A stretch of DNA of 64,000 nucleotides from Felis catus. Lineage: Eukaryota. The notes under the pieces were generated by a model, which saw only the letters and a program-made list of their open reading frames with translations, was not told the origin of the DNA and did no database searches. The stretch lies in the NCBI RefSeq assembly GCF_018350175.1, contig NC_058377.1:10106001-10170000 (forward strand). Direction: 5' to 3'. The position numbers were made by a program, and so were the translations under genes. Positions 38,971-50,919 of this stretch are shown here, one piece after another. Within the stretch, counting starts at the first letter, position 1. Each line of letters begins with the position of its first letter.

Positions 38971-39332
38971 CTGTGTGTGTAATTCAGAGGGTGTGAAATG
39001 AAGACAACTCATTTCACTAATGGTACTATCAGTTAATTTATTAAGCCATAATCCTGATAAAACGAGAAAGTATAAAGTATTCCTGTATTTTTCAGAGGTA
39101 ATCACACAGTTGCTATATACACAAATTTTCAATTAGGGCATTTCTGGGCATTTTATATGGATTATTATTAGAAAAATTGAACCACATTTATATAAATAAA
39201 AGTGCTTATTAGTTATTAACTACAACCAAATAAAATATTTTACTTATACTGCCTTTACCAAGTAAAATCTGGTACATGCTTATTCCCAATAAAGTTTTTA
39301 AAATATGCTTAATCTCCCAAAATTCTATGTAC

Positions 39333-39456
39333 CTGATGTCTCAGACCTATCTTCTGGTCTGCCAATACTTAGAGGTACTGGATGAGTGTTTGACTGGGGA
39401 GCTGGGATCCTTTTCCACTGACACAGGTTGATGAAAAGTATTTTTTCCTTTGGTTT
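39333..39456 (-). CDS. PIH1D2: PIH1D2 coding exon 2
   Basis: KPKEKILFINLCQWKRIPAPQSNTHPVPLSIGRPEDRSETS; tag / gtacat. Confidence 0.93.
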
Positions 39457-39575
39457 CTAAAAAGCAAATTTTCATATCTCAAAACCTAGTTGTTTTTTTT
39501 AATCGTAGCCTAAAGTTAACTCAGATAATTTTATGCTCTAAAATAGCCATTCTGTGTATTAAAACTGTGTTTGAG

Positions 39576-40097
39576 CCCTTTCACGAAGACGGCACCTAAG
39601 GCGAAGAAGGAAGCCCCTGACCCTCCCAATGCCAAGGCCAAAGTAAAGGCTTTGAAGGCCAAGAAAGCAGTACGGAAAGGCATCCAGGGGCATAAAAAAA
39701 AAGGAGATCCGCACATCACCTACATTCCAATGGCTCAAGACACCGCGTCTCCAAAGGCAACCCGAATATCCTCGTTAACAGAGCCCCCAGGAGAAACAAG
39801 CTTGACCAGTCTTTCCCCGTGACTACTGAGCCAGCCATGAAGAAAATAGAAAACAACACACTTGTGTTTGTTGGGGATGTCAAGGCCAACAAGCACCAGA
39901 TCAAACAGGCTGTGAAGAAGCTCTATGACACTGACGTGGCCAAGGTCAACACTCTGATCAGGCCCGAGGGAGAAAAGAAAGCATATGTTCGACTGGCTCC
40001 TGACTATGATGCTTTGGATGCTGCCAACAAAATTGGGATCATCTAAACTGAGTCCAGCTAGCTAAATCTAAATTTTTCACCATAAAAAAAATAAAAC
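39576..40097 (+). pseudogene. RPL23A: RPL23A processed pseudogene
   Basis: Intronless; APKAKKEAP...[12 protein letters not shown]...[19 protein letters not shown]; ATG changed to ACG, frameshifts, A tail, 15-bp TSD AAAACTGTGT(T/C)TGAG. Confidence 0.96.
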
Positions 40098-40564
40098 AAA
40101 ACTGTGTCTGAGAAATTGTACTTTTACCTGATTTCCTCCAAGCTACCGACTTTCCTTCAATATACAGCTGCCACTGCCAGAGGAACTGGGAGGAAGGAGG
40201 GGGCACTGATCCAAGCAGCTATTCCAGGTGAATTTGACCTTATTTCACCACTTCCTTACCTCTCAGCCAACTAAGTTCTTTTTAGGTGAAAAACCTCCAA
40301 CTCTATGATTCTCTGTTAAATCATTTTACTTTTTTTTATTCTAGTAGAAAATGGCTTATTGTGAGATCTCCAAAATGTTTCCAGTGGGAACTTCCCATTC
40401 TTACTCCTTCAGCATGATCCTCCACACTGTTTCACTCTCCATTTAGAGTGGTAGTTTCCCTCGAGTTTTCTTAAAGTCGCAATAGCTAAAGGTAAGTTAT
40501 TCTCTGATTATTCCAGGATTATTTCAGTCAAGACCTCCCATCCCTGGGAACCAACTCTACATAC

Positions 40565-40741
40565 CAGGATCCTGGTTTGTAGACAGAGCCATGGTTCTGG
40601 GGCGGCACAGAGCTGTTCCCCTTCTTTCAGCTGCTGTTGAATAAACTTCTCGTAGCCCTCAGGGTTGCTTTCAGCCAGATCGTCTAGGAGGTTCCAGAAC
40701 TGAGTAACTTGGGTGAGCAGACCCTTTGAGGAAGACTCCAT
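40565..40741 (-). CDS. PIH1D2: PIH1D2 coding exon 1
   Basis: MESSSKGLLTQVTQFWNLLDDLAESNPEGYEKFIQQQLKEG...QTRIL; donor gtatgt. Confidence 0.95.
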
Positions 40742-41529
40742 GATTGAGGTGAATAGGCCTCTTAAGTCTGTGTAAAGATATGCCTTAAGGGGAAAAAGGT
40801 CTGTGTAGTGATTCATTTCTTCTTTTGGAGAAGGAAGAACAGGTCTTGTTTGGGTGAAGTCAGCACCTGTGTCTAACAAATTGTGGATCAGCACCACTTT
40901 TCTTTTCCTTATTCTCTAATTATCTAGCACCCCTTCTTAAAGTTCTCAGGTTGTCGTCTCAGATGTCAAGTCCTTACCTCTGCCTAGACCCTCTCAAGTG
41001 ATGAGGGTAGTCATTGAAAGTCTGGATTATGGGTGATTTTCTTGTTCCAATACCTGGGTTTTGGCTGACCGGTGCCTATCCAGTCCTGAAACTGCCAGAG
41101 GTGTGTGTGGGGTGAGGGCCACAGGAGACATCCTCATAGCTTCCTCCAGCTTAGGCAAAGCTGGAGCCGGAATGCCTAGATCCCATTTTAGCTTTATCAC
41201 TTAACTTAGGTGTGTGACCCTGAGCAATTAGGTTATATACATCAGTTAATTCTCCTCAAAATGACGGTAATACCTATGTCATAGGTTATTGTGAGAATTA
41301 ATTAATATGGAGAAACTGGGACACTTCGTTAACACTGTATGAGAGTAATAATACACCATCTGTGTCTAGAGATCACCTCCCTTGCCCTCCTCCCCCACTG
41401 GAGAGGCGTCCCACAGCAGCCACAGAATGAGGCAAAGAGGAGGTTTGGGTTCTCCGAATACTATAGTAGGGTTAAACTATTTTTTTTCTTTTTTTAGTAG
41501 GGTTATACTAAATGGGAAGCTTAACTAAA

Positions 41530-42324
41530 GGACAATCACTCCAGAGGTCGGCGAACCCACCTCCTCTCTTGGTTCCTTGACAAACAGCGACACCTGTTAC
41601 CAGGGTAACCAGACCGGGTCCAACATCTAATTGGGTCCGGAAAGCTCCAGGCAGAAAGGACTTTTATATCTAGTTCCGGAATCTCCTCCTTCTTGCTTTT
41701 CAGTTGAGCCCGACCCACTTCTTTTCCAGGAAGGCGCCCGCCTCCCTTCCGCACCTTTCGATCTCTAGAGGATCCTGGAAACTCTCCTTGTGAGAGTCTC
41801 CGCGTCTCCTGTTGGTGGGAAGAGTTTCTCAGGAGCACGACTTCCGGCCTGGAACGGAAGTCCGCTCCCTTGTCTCTCAGACCTCCCCCTCCCCCCTCCC
41901 CAAATCCCCGCCACGCGAGGCTGCGGCGCACGGTATGGGTGTGTTTGTGTGTGTCTGTATGGGGAGGGCGTTTGGAGGGAAGGTTACCGGGAGCTCCGTG
42001 GCCGCTGGGGGGCAGGGATCCCGGTGACAGAGATGGGGGTATTTTCTCTGACTTCCCCTTGGAAGCTTCAACCCCCCCTTCGGGCACTCTAGGTATTTCT
42101 TGGGGCCCAGTCGAGGATTGTACCCGTCCAGAGCCTCCCCATCCTTTCGGGAGAGCGAAGCCCAACCCCCGGGTCCGTCCCAGAGGAGCGTGAGCGGGGA
42201 ATGCCCCGTCAACCCGGCCCTCCGGATTCCGCGCCGGCGCAGACTCCGGCCTCAGTCCGGAAAGAGATCTTCCTGTCGGTCTGGGCTGGGGGCAAGGCAA
42301 CGGTGGCCTGGGCCGCGGGTGAGG
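41530..42324. promoter_or_regulatory. PIH1D2/NKAPD1 bidirectional CpG-island promoter
   Basis: CpG-rich, between divergent genes; inverted ETS motifs at 41839-41862; probable NKAPD1 exon-1 donor GTGAGG at 42319. Confidence 0.8.
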
Positions 42325-43129
42325 NNNNNNNNNNNNNNNNNNNNNNNNNNNNNNNNNNNNNNNNNNNNNNNNNNNNNNNNNNNNNNNNNNNNNNNNNNNN
42401 NNNNNNNNNNNNNNNNNNNNNNNNNNNNNNNNNNNNNNNNNNNNNNNNNNNNNNNNNNNNNNNNNNNNNNNNNNNNNNNNNNNNNNNNNNNNNNNNNNGC
42501 GGTGGGGTGGTTGCACAAAACCGCTGCTAGCTACACACTGGATACCCTTGTCATCTGTATTTTGGAGGCTTCTGTACAAATTAGAAAGTAAAATTCTCCT
42601 GAGTGGAGAAATTTAGGGCCTCTCTGCATTTGATGTCAAATGTTGACATTTGCTGGTCCCAGATAGTCTCAAATCCAGATATTTGCTTCATGACGAACTG
42701 ATTTTGGGATTCCACAGTTGATTTCTAATCTGCACCTGGTTTGCCTTGGGCAATCTGGCCTGGGGCAAGTTATGGCTTAAGGGAATTTCACCTACAAAAT
42801 AAGAATGAAGATGCTTGCCTCATATAAAACATGGGATTGTGTTGAAGATTAAATAAAATGGTGCTCTTGAAAGCACATAACTTTGTGCAGTTTAAAAGAA
42901 CTTCGACGTACATTTATCTCAGTTACATTCATCTTCATATTAGTGTGGTCAGACATTTTTCTTCTTTTAGTGGTAAAGGGAAAACTACCCCTTAGGACTT
43001 ACTTCTGACTTCTTGTTCAGTGATCTTTTCTTTACCTCGTGCTTCCTTATAATATTGTAATAAAAGAGGAGGTAATAAAGGAAATTATTTTTATTAAGTG
43101 TTATGTCTTGATTAATTTCAGATTGAAGA

Positions 43130-43198
43130 ATGTCCCGGGTTCCATTGGGGAAAGTCCTCCTGAGGAATGTCATCCGGCATACAGATGCTCACAATAAG
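43130..43198 (+). CDS. NKAPD1: NKAPD1 coding exon 1
   Basis: [23 protein letters not shown]; donor gtaaga. Confidence 0.92.
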
Positions 43199-44188
43199 GT
43201 AAGAGGTACAATCTGGTTATTCCTCAACATTTATTGAAGGCATACAGTGTGCCAAGCATTATTTTGGCAGTTTGGAGATACAAAGGTGAATAAAATCGGT
43301 AATTATAATCAATTTGATAAGTACTGTAATAGAGACATACACAAAGTGCTTCAGTGCACTGAGGAATGAATAATGAAATCTGCCTTGGGAAATAAGGAAA
43401 GGCTTCATAGAATGGGTGGTATTTGAGCTGCTGATGATATTTGAATTAGTTCTCGTTTAACAGGTTAAACTTTACCATGTGTAAAAGATCATTCCAGACA
43501 GAAGGAACATCATGTACTCACATGGCAACAAAAAGGAGCATGAAGCACTTGGGGCTTGGCAATAAACTGTGCATTCAGAAAGTAGGGAGTTGGGGGGGGG
43601 GCGGGGCCATGGGGTAGTGACGGAAGATAAAGCTTGAGTGGTAAGTTAGAGTTGGCTTGTGACGCTTTTTCCTCTAAATTATAATGAAACCATCAAAGTC
43701 TTTAATTTGTATTTGTATCTTAGATGATTAGTTAGCTGGGTAGGGGATAGATCAGATGGAGTGAAATAATAGAGACACCAGTGAGGCAATTGCAGCGCTA
43801 CAGGTGAGAGATGATGAGCCGTTCGCATGAAAACAGTGACTGTAGAGATGAAGAGGAATTTAGGAGATAGAATCCCAAGAACTTGGTGACTAATTGAAAC
43901 AGAAAGGATTATCATTTGATAACTGCGGCATAATTGCAAAATTAGTAAGGTGATAGGTGTGTCTGTGCAGGGTTAAAAAGTTCTCGTGTGGCTGCAGAAC
44001 ATTTGAGATTCACTGGGTCGGATTATTTAACCACTCTAGAAATCCTGAATTTGTTTCCCAGGTTCCTGGTTATAACCCAATCTGTAATGCAATAATTAGT
44101 GCAGAGTGTTTTGTCAGTTACTTTTCTTTGATGTAAAATGTTATTTTTAGTCATTTATTTGTATTTCTTTTCTTTAAAAAAAATGTAG

Positions 44189-44289
44189 ATTCAGGAGGAA
44201 TCAGATATGTGGAAAATAAGAGAACTGGAGAAACAGATGGAAGATGCCTACCGGGGAACCAAAAGGAAAATGTTACCCAGTAGTTCAAG
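44189..44289 (+). CDS. NKAPD1: NKAPD1 coding exon 2
   Basis: IQEESDMWKIRELEKQMEDAYRGTKRKMLPSSS; tag / gtgaaa. Confidence 0.93.
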
Positions 44290-45377
44290 GTGAAATTGCA
44301 GCTCTAAGAACCAAAATAATTCTGATCTTCTTTAGAACCATTAACTTTCACTTAAAAGCATTTTAGTACGCTATAGATGAGTTCAGTTCTGTGAATCTTT
44401 AAGCCTTCCTTCTTTCATAAATCTAGACCCACGCATAAAGATAGTGGCTATGATACATATGGCTTAATTCTTGGTACTGAATTCCAAAATTCTACCTTGA
44501 ACAACTTTAAAAGTTAAGGATTTTGTGTATTCTGACCTTGCTTGGTGGCTTTTAAGATTTACTGTTGGTAACTTACAGTCACTTAAGCTATCATTCACTC
44601 CTTTCCTCTGTTAGTCTTAGATTCTCTGTGAGCCTTTTCTTTACCCCATCTCCTTGTTGTGTTCACCAAGTCACACAGCCTTTCACATTACCTTCTAAAT
44701 AGTTTCAGTGTTGAGTATAAAGGATAATACAGGCTTAGTTGTCTTATCTATGGAGGTATAGGAATGTCTGAGTATTGGGAACATCTCTTGGGCTTCATAT
44801 GCCTGTTAGTGTAGAGCTGTGTATATGAAAAATGACTATACTAATAATGCTAATTTCTAAAGCCACCCAGGGAAACAATATATGAGATATTTAAGGAGAG
44901 TGAGTGTGCCTGCGGAGTACTCAGGCTTTGGAGTACATACAGCTCAGGATTGGCTGTATGTGAAGGACTTTAAGCAAGAAAGTATTTGGGGTCTCCAAGG
45001 TAAAGAAGGCATGGTCTCAATATAAAAATAAATATCTTTGCAGATATTTGCAGATAAAATGTTTCCTTTCTAAAGATGGTCCTTTGAGAATTTAGAAGTT
45101 AGTGCAGATGATGGTTTGTCTTGTATTGCTTGTTCAATTCCAAGAGGCATTTCCAGGAAGAAAATACTATTTTTAGAGTGAATTATTAATACCTGTCATG
45201 GTCTAATAAATCTTTAAATCATAATCTCTTTAGGGGCAGGATTCTGATTGTCTCATTTGCTATTACATTCCTAGCAGCTAGAACTGTGCCTAGCATATAG
45301 GCGGCCCTTAAACATTTTTGATAATTAGTTAGCTTGCGGAGTGACTTGTTAGTGGACCTTGTAAGCACAGGCTGTGT

Positions 45378-45591
45378 CAGTGGTTCTCAACTGGTTTTCT
45401 ACCCCAGCATCCTCATGGGTTAGGCCTTGTTCCTACTGTTACTACGACCTCAGTGCAGAAGGTTGCTGGTTTTCCAGGAAGGGAAAACCTTCCCTGGAGA
45501 TTCTGAAATCTCCAGAGTAGTTGGAAATTGTCACCAGCTGTGATTATTCTCAGCATCCTTCTTTGCATGCCCTCCTACTTGAGAATCAGTG
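45378..45591. mobile_element. hAT/Charlie-type MITE (MER5/MER112-like)
   Basis: TIRs CAGTGGTTCTCAA ... TTGAGAATCAGTG. Confidence 0.65.
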
Positions 45592-45857
45592 AGCGAGCTA
45601 CAGCATGCCATAGTCCATAAGTCATTTTTGTCTGTATTCTGCAATAGGATGGGTAGTAACGGTCAGATTTTCCCTGGATAAGTGTACAGACTTAGACAGT
45701 AGAACAGATCATGACTTTTTACATTTTTTTTTTTAATACTAATTATCAGGTGGTTGTTTTCCCCTTAGCTTGTTCAGTGGGTTTTGTGTATGACATTCCA
45801 TAAAGGAACCTTGCAGATTGCTTCCAAATATAAAAGTTCTTCTGTGTTTCCTTATAG

Positions 45858-46007
45858 CCGGATGCGTAGTGATGGTTTTGATGAAGAAAGTCAAAGAGAC
45901 TATTGGAGGCCAAAGACTGAAATTTCTGGGGCACTGGAAGATGACTTTCTTAAGGCTAAATCCTGGAATAAGAAGTTATATGATTATGAAGCTAATATGC
46001 CAGACAG
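45858..46007 (+). CDS. NKAPD1: NKAPD1 coding exon 3
   Basis: RMRSDGFDEESQRDYWRPK...LYDYEANMPD; tag / gtttgt. Confidence 0.93.
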
Positions 46008-46185
46008 GTTTGTAACTAAATTCTTGTGACCATTAATGATATCTGACTTGAGAGTATATACTTTTAAAAATTAATTATCCCTACAAAAACTTGCACACAA
46101 ATGTTCATAGCATAATTATCATAATGGCTCCAAAGTGGAAACCCAAATGTCTGTCAACTGATGAAGGGATAAACAAAATATGGTA

Positions 46186-46825
46186 CAGTAGTCCCCACCT
46201 TTATCCATGAGGATATGTTCTGAGACCCCCAGTGGTTGCCTAAAACCGTGAGTAGTACTGAACCGTATATATACTATGTTTTTTCCTATACATACATACT
46301 TATGATAAAGTTAATTTCTTTTTCTAGTTTTTAAATATTTGTTTTTCAGAGAGAGAGTGAGCACGAGCAGGGGAGGGGCAGAGAGGCAGGGCAGAGGATC
46401 TGAAATGGGCTCTGTGCTGACAGCAGAGAGCCCGACCCCAGGCTCAAACTCACACACCATGAGATCATGACCTGAGCTGAAGTCGGATGCTTAACCGACT
46501 GAGCCACCTAGGTGCCCCTGATGAAGTTTAATTTCTAAATTGGAGACAGTAAGAGCTTTACAATAACTAAAAATAGAACAATTGTAACAATGTACTGTAA
46601 TAAAATTTATGTGAATGTGGTCTGTCAAATATTTTATTAATACTGTATTCATCATTCTTCTTGTGATGATGTGAGATGATAAAATGCCTATGTGATGAGA
46701 TGAAGTGAGGGGAATGATGTAGGCATTTTGATGTAGCGTTAGGCTGCTGCTGACCTCTGACAATATGACAGAAGGAGGGCGATCTGCTTCCAGAAAGCAA
46801 AACTGAAGATAAGGGGGGACTAATG
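46186..46825. mobile_element. MER44/Tigger7 DNA transposon
   Basis: TIRs CAGTAGTCCCCACCTTTATCC ... GATAAGGGGGGACTAATG, preceded by TA. Confidence 0.8.
46320..46518 (-). mobile_element. CAN-SINE inside MER44
   Basis: TSD TGAT.AAGTT(T)AATTTCT. Confidence 0.9.
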
Positions 46826-47527
46826 TGATGTTCTTTGACGGTGAAAGGAATAAAGTACTGATATACTGTAACATGGATGAAGCTTGGAAACAGGTGGAAA
46901 AAACCAGACACAAAAGGCCACTTATTACATGATTCTATTTATATGGTATGTCCAGAATCAGCAAATCCATAGAGACAGAAAGTAGATTCGTGGTTGCCAT
47001 GGGCTACAGGAGAGGGAGGAATGGAGAGTTAGTGCTAGAGGATGGAGTTCCTTTTTGGGTGATGAGAGTGTTCTGAAATTAGATAGTGGTGACGGTTGCA
47101 CAACTCTGAATATACTAAAAGCCACTGAATTGTACACTTCAAAAGAGTGAATTTTATGGTATAGGAATTACATCTTAGTAAAATTGCTCTGTAAAAAACA
47201 ATTGTCCCAACATAGACCGCATTATCTTAAGAGTTGTTTTTGGAGAAGTATTTCACAGCTAAAGAGCAGAGTAAAAGAGTTCTTGAGAATGGCAAGTTCT
47301 CTTACAAATGGACAAAAGAATCCTTTGTGTCTAAAATGATAGTGTGCAGTACAGAAAATGTAGCCAGTTAAGTTACTGAGCTTGAAGATGGGGTTGGCTC
47401 TATGGTGTTTTCTTTGTTTTGTGTGCCTGTCTGTGTATGCGTGCACTCGTAAGTCTAATTTTTTTTTAACTTAAAGAAATGTATGTATTGCCTTAATAAT
47501 ACATATAATATCTGTGTCATCTTACAG

Positions 47528-47581
47528 ATGGGGTCACAGCGGTTACAAAGAGTTATACCCTGAAGAATTTGAAACAGACAG
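47528..47581 (+). CDS. NKAPD1: NKAPD1 coding exon 4
   Basis: [17 protein letters not shown]; cag / gtaagg. Confidence 0.93.
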
Positions 47582-47682
47582 GTAAGGCAAATAGGCTTAC
47601 TGAAAAAAAAGTTAGAAACCCAGTGAACCAATACCAAGTAATACTATTCCAAATCTGAACTATAAATTGGGTTCCTAATTTT

Positions 47683-47896
47683 ATTTATTTATTTTAAAAA
47701 TGTTTTTTATTTATTTTTGAGACAGAGAGAGCATTAGCAGGGGAAGGGTAGAGAGAGAGGGAGACACAGAATCTGAAGCAGGCTCCAGGCTCTGAGCTGT
47801 CTGCACAGAGCCCGACTCGGGGCTTGAACTCACGGACCATGAGATCATGACCTGAACCAAGTCGGATACTTAACCAACTGAGCCACCCAGGTGCCG
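47683..47896 (-). mobile_element. CAN-SINE
   Basis: TSD TGGGTTCCTAATTTT at 47668 and 47897. Confidence 0.93.
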
Positions 47897-48253
47897 TGGG
47901 TTCCTAATTTTATAAAGGAGATAACATTTGCCATTAAAAATGTAACCAGAAAATAATAGGCAATTTAGTTTGGAGATACTTGGTATTTTGCCGTTTCCTG
48001 ATTGATGTTCTGCATATACATAGCATTTAGGTTCTTCTACATAGTATTCCATACAGTAACTCAAGGTGACAGATGAGAATTTAAGAAAACAAAATGAGAA
48101 AACAAAAAGAGTGATAGTCTCATAGTAACCCTATGTCAAAGCTCTTATTTAAAATTCAGATGTTAACCCCAACTTTCTATCTAGAGTGTAGAATACTAAA
48201 ATATTAATAGACTTTTTATTTCCTATAGTAAAGCAGTTTCTCTTTTTTATTAG

Positions 48254-48762
48254 TAGTGACCAGCAAGATATTACCAATGGAAAAAAAAACATCTCCCCAA
48301 GTAAAATCATCTACCCACGAGTCTCACAAACACAAGAAGTCAAAGAAATCCCACAAAAAAAAGCAGAAAAAAAAGTCACACAAAAAACAGAAGAAAAGCA
48401 AAAAGGAAGCCACAGATGTAACAGCAGATTCCTCAAGCGAGTTTTCAGAAGAAACGGGGGCTTCTAGTACCGGGAAAAGGAAACAGCCACATAAGCGCAA
48501 GAAAAAATCCAGGAAAAAGTCGCTCAAGAAACCTGCTTTATTCTTGGATGCAGAAAGTGATACTTCCCAGTCCGATGATTCCGCATCCAGCAGTTCTGAG
48601 GAAGGCGAGGAAAGAGACACTAAGAAAACCAAAAGGAAAAAGAGAGAGAAAAAAGTCCATATCCCTGTAGTTAACAATGAAATACAGGAGAGGACAAACA
48701 AACGCACAAATTGGAAAGTGGCTACAGATGAAAGGTCTGCAGAGAGTTCAGAGGATGACTAA
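48254..48762 (+). CDS. NKAPD1: NKAPD1 last coding exon (Lys/Ser-rich)
   Basis: SDQQDITNGKK, then a frame change, then TSPQVKSSTHE...KRTNWKVATDERSAESSEDD-TAA; TAGTAG acceptor. Confidence 0.9.
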
Positions 48763-50671
48763 ATGAGAAAGAAACATTCTTCATTTGCCCATCTGACTGG
48801 TTACTTGCAGCTCTGTCACCTTGGGGTTTTGCCAGTGACTCTATTGCCCAGCACAGGGGCCGTGAGGTCAGAGCTGTCCTGTGCCATCTATATATGTTCT
48901 GACAGACTTGTCTTGTTTTGGCCTGTTAAACTTGATCCTCTTACTGTTAATAGGGAATCTGGTATTTTGTTATGAAGTTTTCTCGAAGAGATTATTTTTT
49001 GCAATTAATCACATTTAGGGTAGAGTGCATATACAGCAAATTAAAGGACCCAGAAAGCTGAACCCAATAATGACCTGGGTACACCAATTGGAATGTTGAA
49101 TCTGGGGAAGGGCAAGGGTTGGGATCAAGAGGTGGATTGGAACCAGTGCTGTGTAGAATGCTGTAAGGGAACATCGTGTTGCTATCTTTATATAGCAGGT
49201 GCCAGGACTTAACTTTTTGTGTCTTCAGCCTTGGTGCTTTGATCTTTCTGTATTTGGCCCCTTAGATATGGTCCAGTTTATTTAATGAGAAAAAATGTAT
49301 AAGAACAAGATATTTTTCCTTCATAACATCCATAGACCGCTGTTATGAGACTAGGGTTTTTTGGTCAAATTTCTCTGCTGGACAGGGTCTGTGGCTACAC
49401 TCAGTATACCCCTAAACATGGTAATTGGATAGTAAATGGTTTTCTACTTCCTTTGTTGTCTATTGCCTAAATGGCCTTGTGTTCAAAATTCTTTCTTCGG
49501 TTGTCTTAATCCTCAACCAAATGGGATAAAGTTAGGAATTGGTTATGCTGTTTAATGGTGCTCTGAACAGGATTCAGGGTTGCAACTGCCATTTAAATGT
49601 TATCTTCCTTGTTCATTTCTAAATCTATTAATGAACTTTAGATTTTCCCTGAAGTTATGTTGAATCAGTTCCAAAATGAAACAGGCTTCTCAGGGATGCA
49701 CCCACTTCTTCCCAGTCAGCCTTCTGATTAAAGCACCAAGCAGAGACCGTATTATTTCCCTTTGCTCTATACTGTGATCCCTACTGTTCTTTTTTTTTTT
49801 TCCTACTGTTAATTCTTAAAAAAAACCAAAATATCACTGAAAAAAAGCTGGTAGAACACAGGTGAGTTTTTTCATTATCACGGAATGTCAAGTGACATTG
49901 TTTTTCCTGGTTGTCACTTCATCAGCTGAGTAGAAAACTTGAAAACCCAGACTTTTGGTCTTGGTTCTGCCACTAACTAGTTATGAGGTCTGAACAGGTA
50001 AGTTAACCTTCCTGGCCTTACCTTCCCCATGTAGAATACAGAAATACTTCATGGTAGCATGACAGTGTAAGACACCAGCAATAGAATAGAACTATAACAA
50101 CATTCCATGAGGTGGTAATACTTTGTGGTTCTAACTACAAAATTTGTTCTTTCCAGAACAGATTTCTAATAAAGTGCTTAGTCACAAAATACATGGTTGG
50201 CTAGAGGTTCTCATCCCTTGATTATAAGCAGGTGCTACCTTTGAGGATATTTACTTGAAACATTAATACTTTGGTACTCAACTGTCATTGTTCCATGGCG
50301 TATATTTTTACCTTTGGGATTAGTGGGGGCCCACGGGTGGGAGGGCAGGACGTCTGTAATTACTACCTCTTAACCTAAAGCAATTGTTTTGTTCTTGAAG
50401 TAAGTGAAATCTTTGTTGGAAGGAGTCTTCATGTATTTTTTTGAAGCATTGTTTCTGTGCTGTAAAAGTATTGATTTTAGCACAGACTCAGGAAGATGGG
50501 CCAGTGGAACAAGGCATCTCCAGGAAGTTGGTTCTGTTTTGGGCTTGACCTTCCCTTTCTCCCATACTAGCAGGCCTATTTCTATCCCAAGAATACACAT
50601 CTTGCCTGTTTTGTTTTTTTTGGTTGTTTTTTTTTTTTGCCATGTTTACCTTTTCTTGGTCATGTATAAGC

Positions 50672-50677
50672 AATAAA
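50672..50677 (+). terminator. NKAPD1: probable NKAPD1 polyadenylation signal
   Basis: AATAAA preceded by TGTA and followed by T-rich sequence; another AATAAA at 50168. Confidence 0.6.
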
Positions 50678-50913
50678 GCTGTTTTCTGTTCTTCACCCTT
50701 CTCAACCCCAATTTCTCTTCTATACCTTAGGCTAAGGTTTTGATGGTTCTTCTAGCCCCCTTAATTAGTGGTTTAGGATGGCCCTTCAAAACCCAAGATC
50801 TCATTTGCACTACTGGTCTTGGAACACACTTGTTTCTAGTGTTCCTGCCCATCAGAGATCTCTATATTAAATCCTAAAATGGGGTTAAAAAAAAAAGAGT
50901 TGGAGAATTCACA

Positions 50914-50919
50914 TTTATT
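50914..50919 (-). terminator. TIMM8B: probable TIMM8B polyadenylation signal
   Basis: AATAAA on - about 210 nt after the stop, followed by a T run. Confidence 0.65.

Larger units (their letters stand above)
36768..40741 (-). other. PIH1D2: PIH1D2 coding span, 5 coding exons, 942 nt = 313 aa
   Basis: Exons of 177+124+246+260+135 nt join in frame across GT-AG introns; PIH1D2-like sequence throughout. Confidence 0.95.
46075..47198 (+). mobile_element. L1M 3' end hosting MER44 and a SINE
   Basis: L1 3'-end sequence on both sides of the nested elements. Confidence 0.8.
43130..48762 (+). other. NKAPD1: NKAPD1 (C11orf57) coding span; apparent 1-nt frameshift in the last exon
   Basis: 69+101+150+54+509 = 883 nt; removing one A from A9 at 48281-48289 gives 882 nt = 293 aa. 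Confidence 0.92.

Noticed and set aside
39819-40046. Functional RPL23A retrogene
   Set aside because: The start codon is lost and there are frameshifts and a deletion upstream; the residual open frame fits neutral decay.
41536-42579. 347-aa and other overlapping ORFs in the PIH1D2/NKAPD1 island
   Set aside because: GC-rich chance ORFs, some running through Ns, with no recognisable protein.
48324-48707. 127-aa hydrophobic antisense ORF
   Set aside because: Mirror of the A-rich, Lys-rich NKAPD1 exon.
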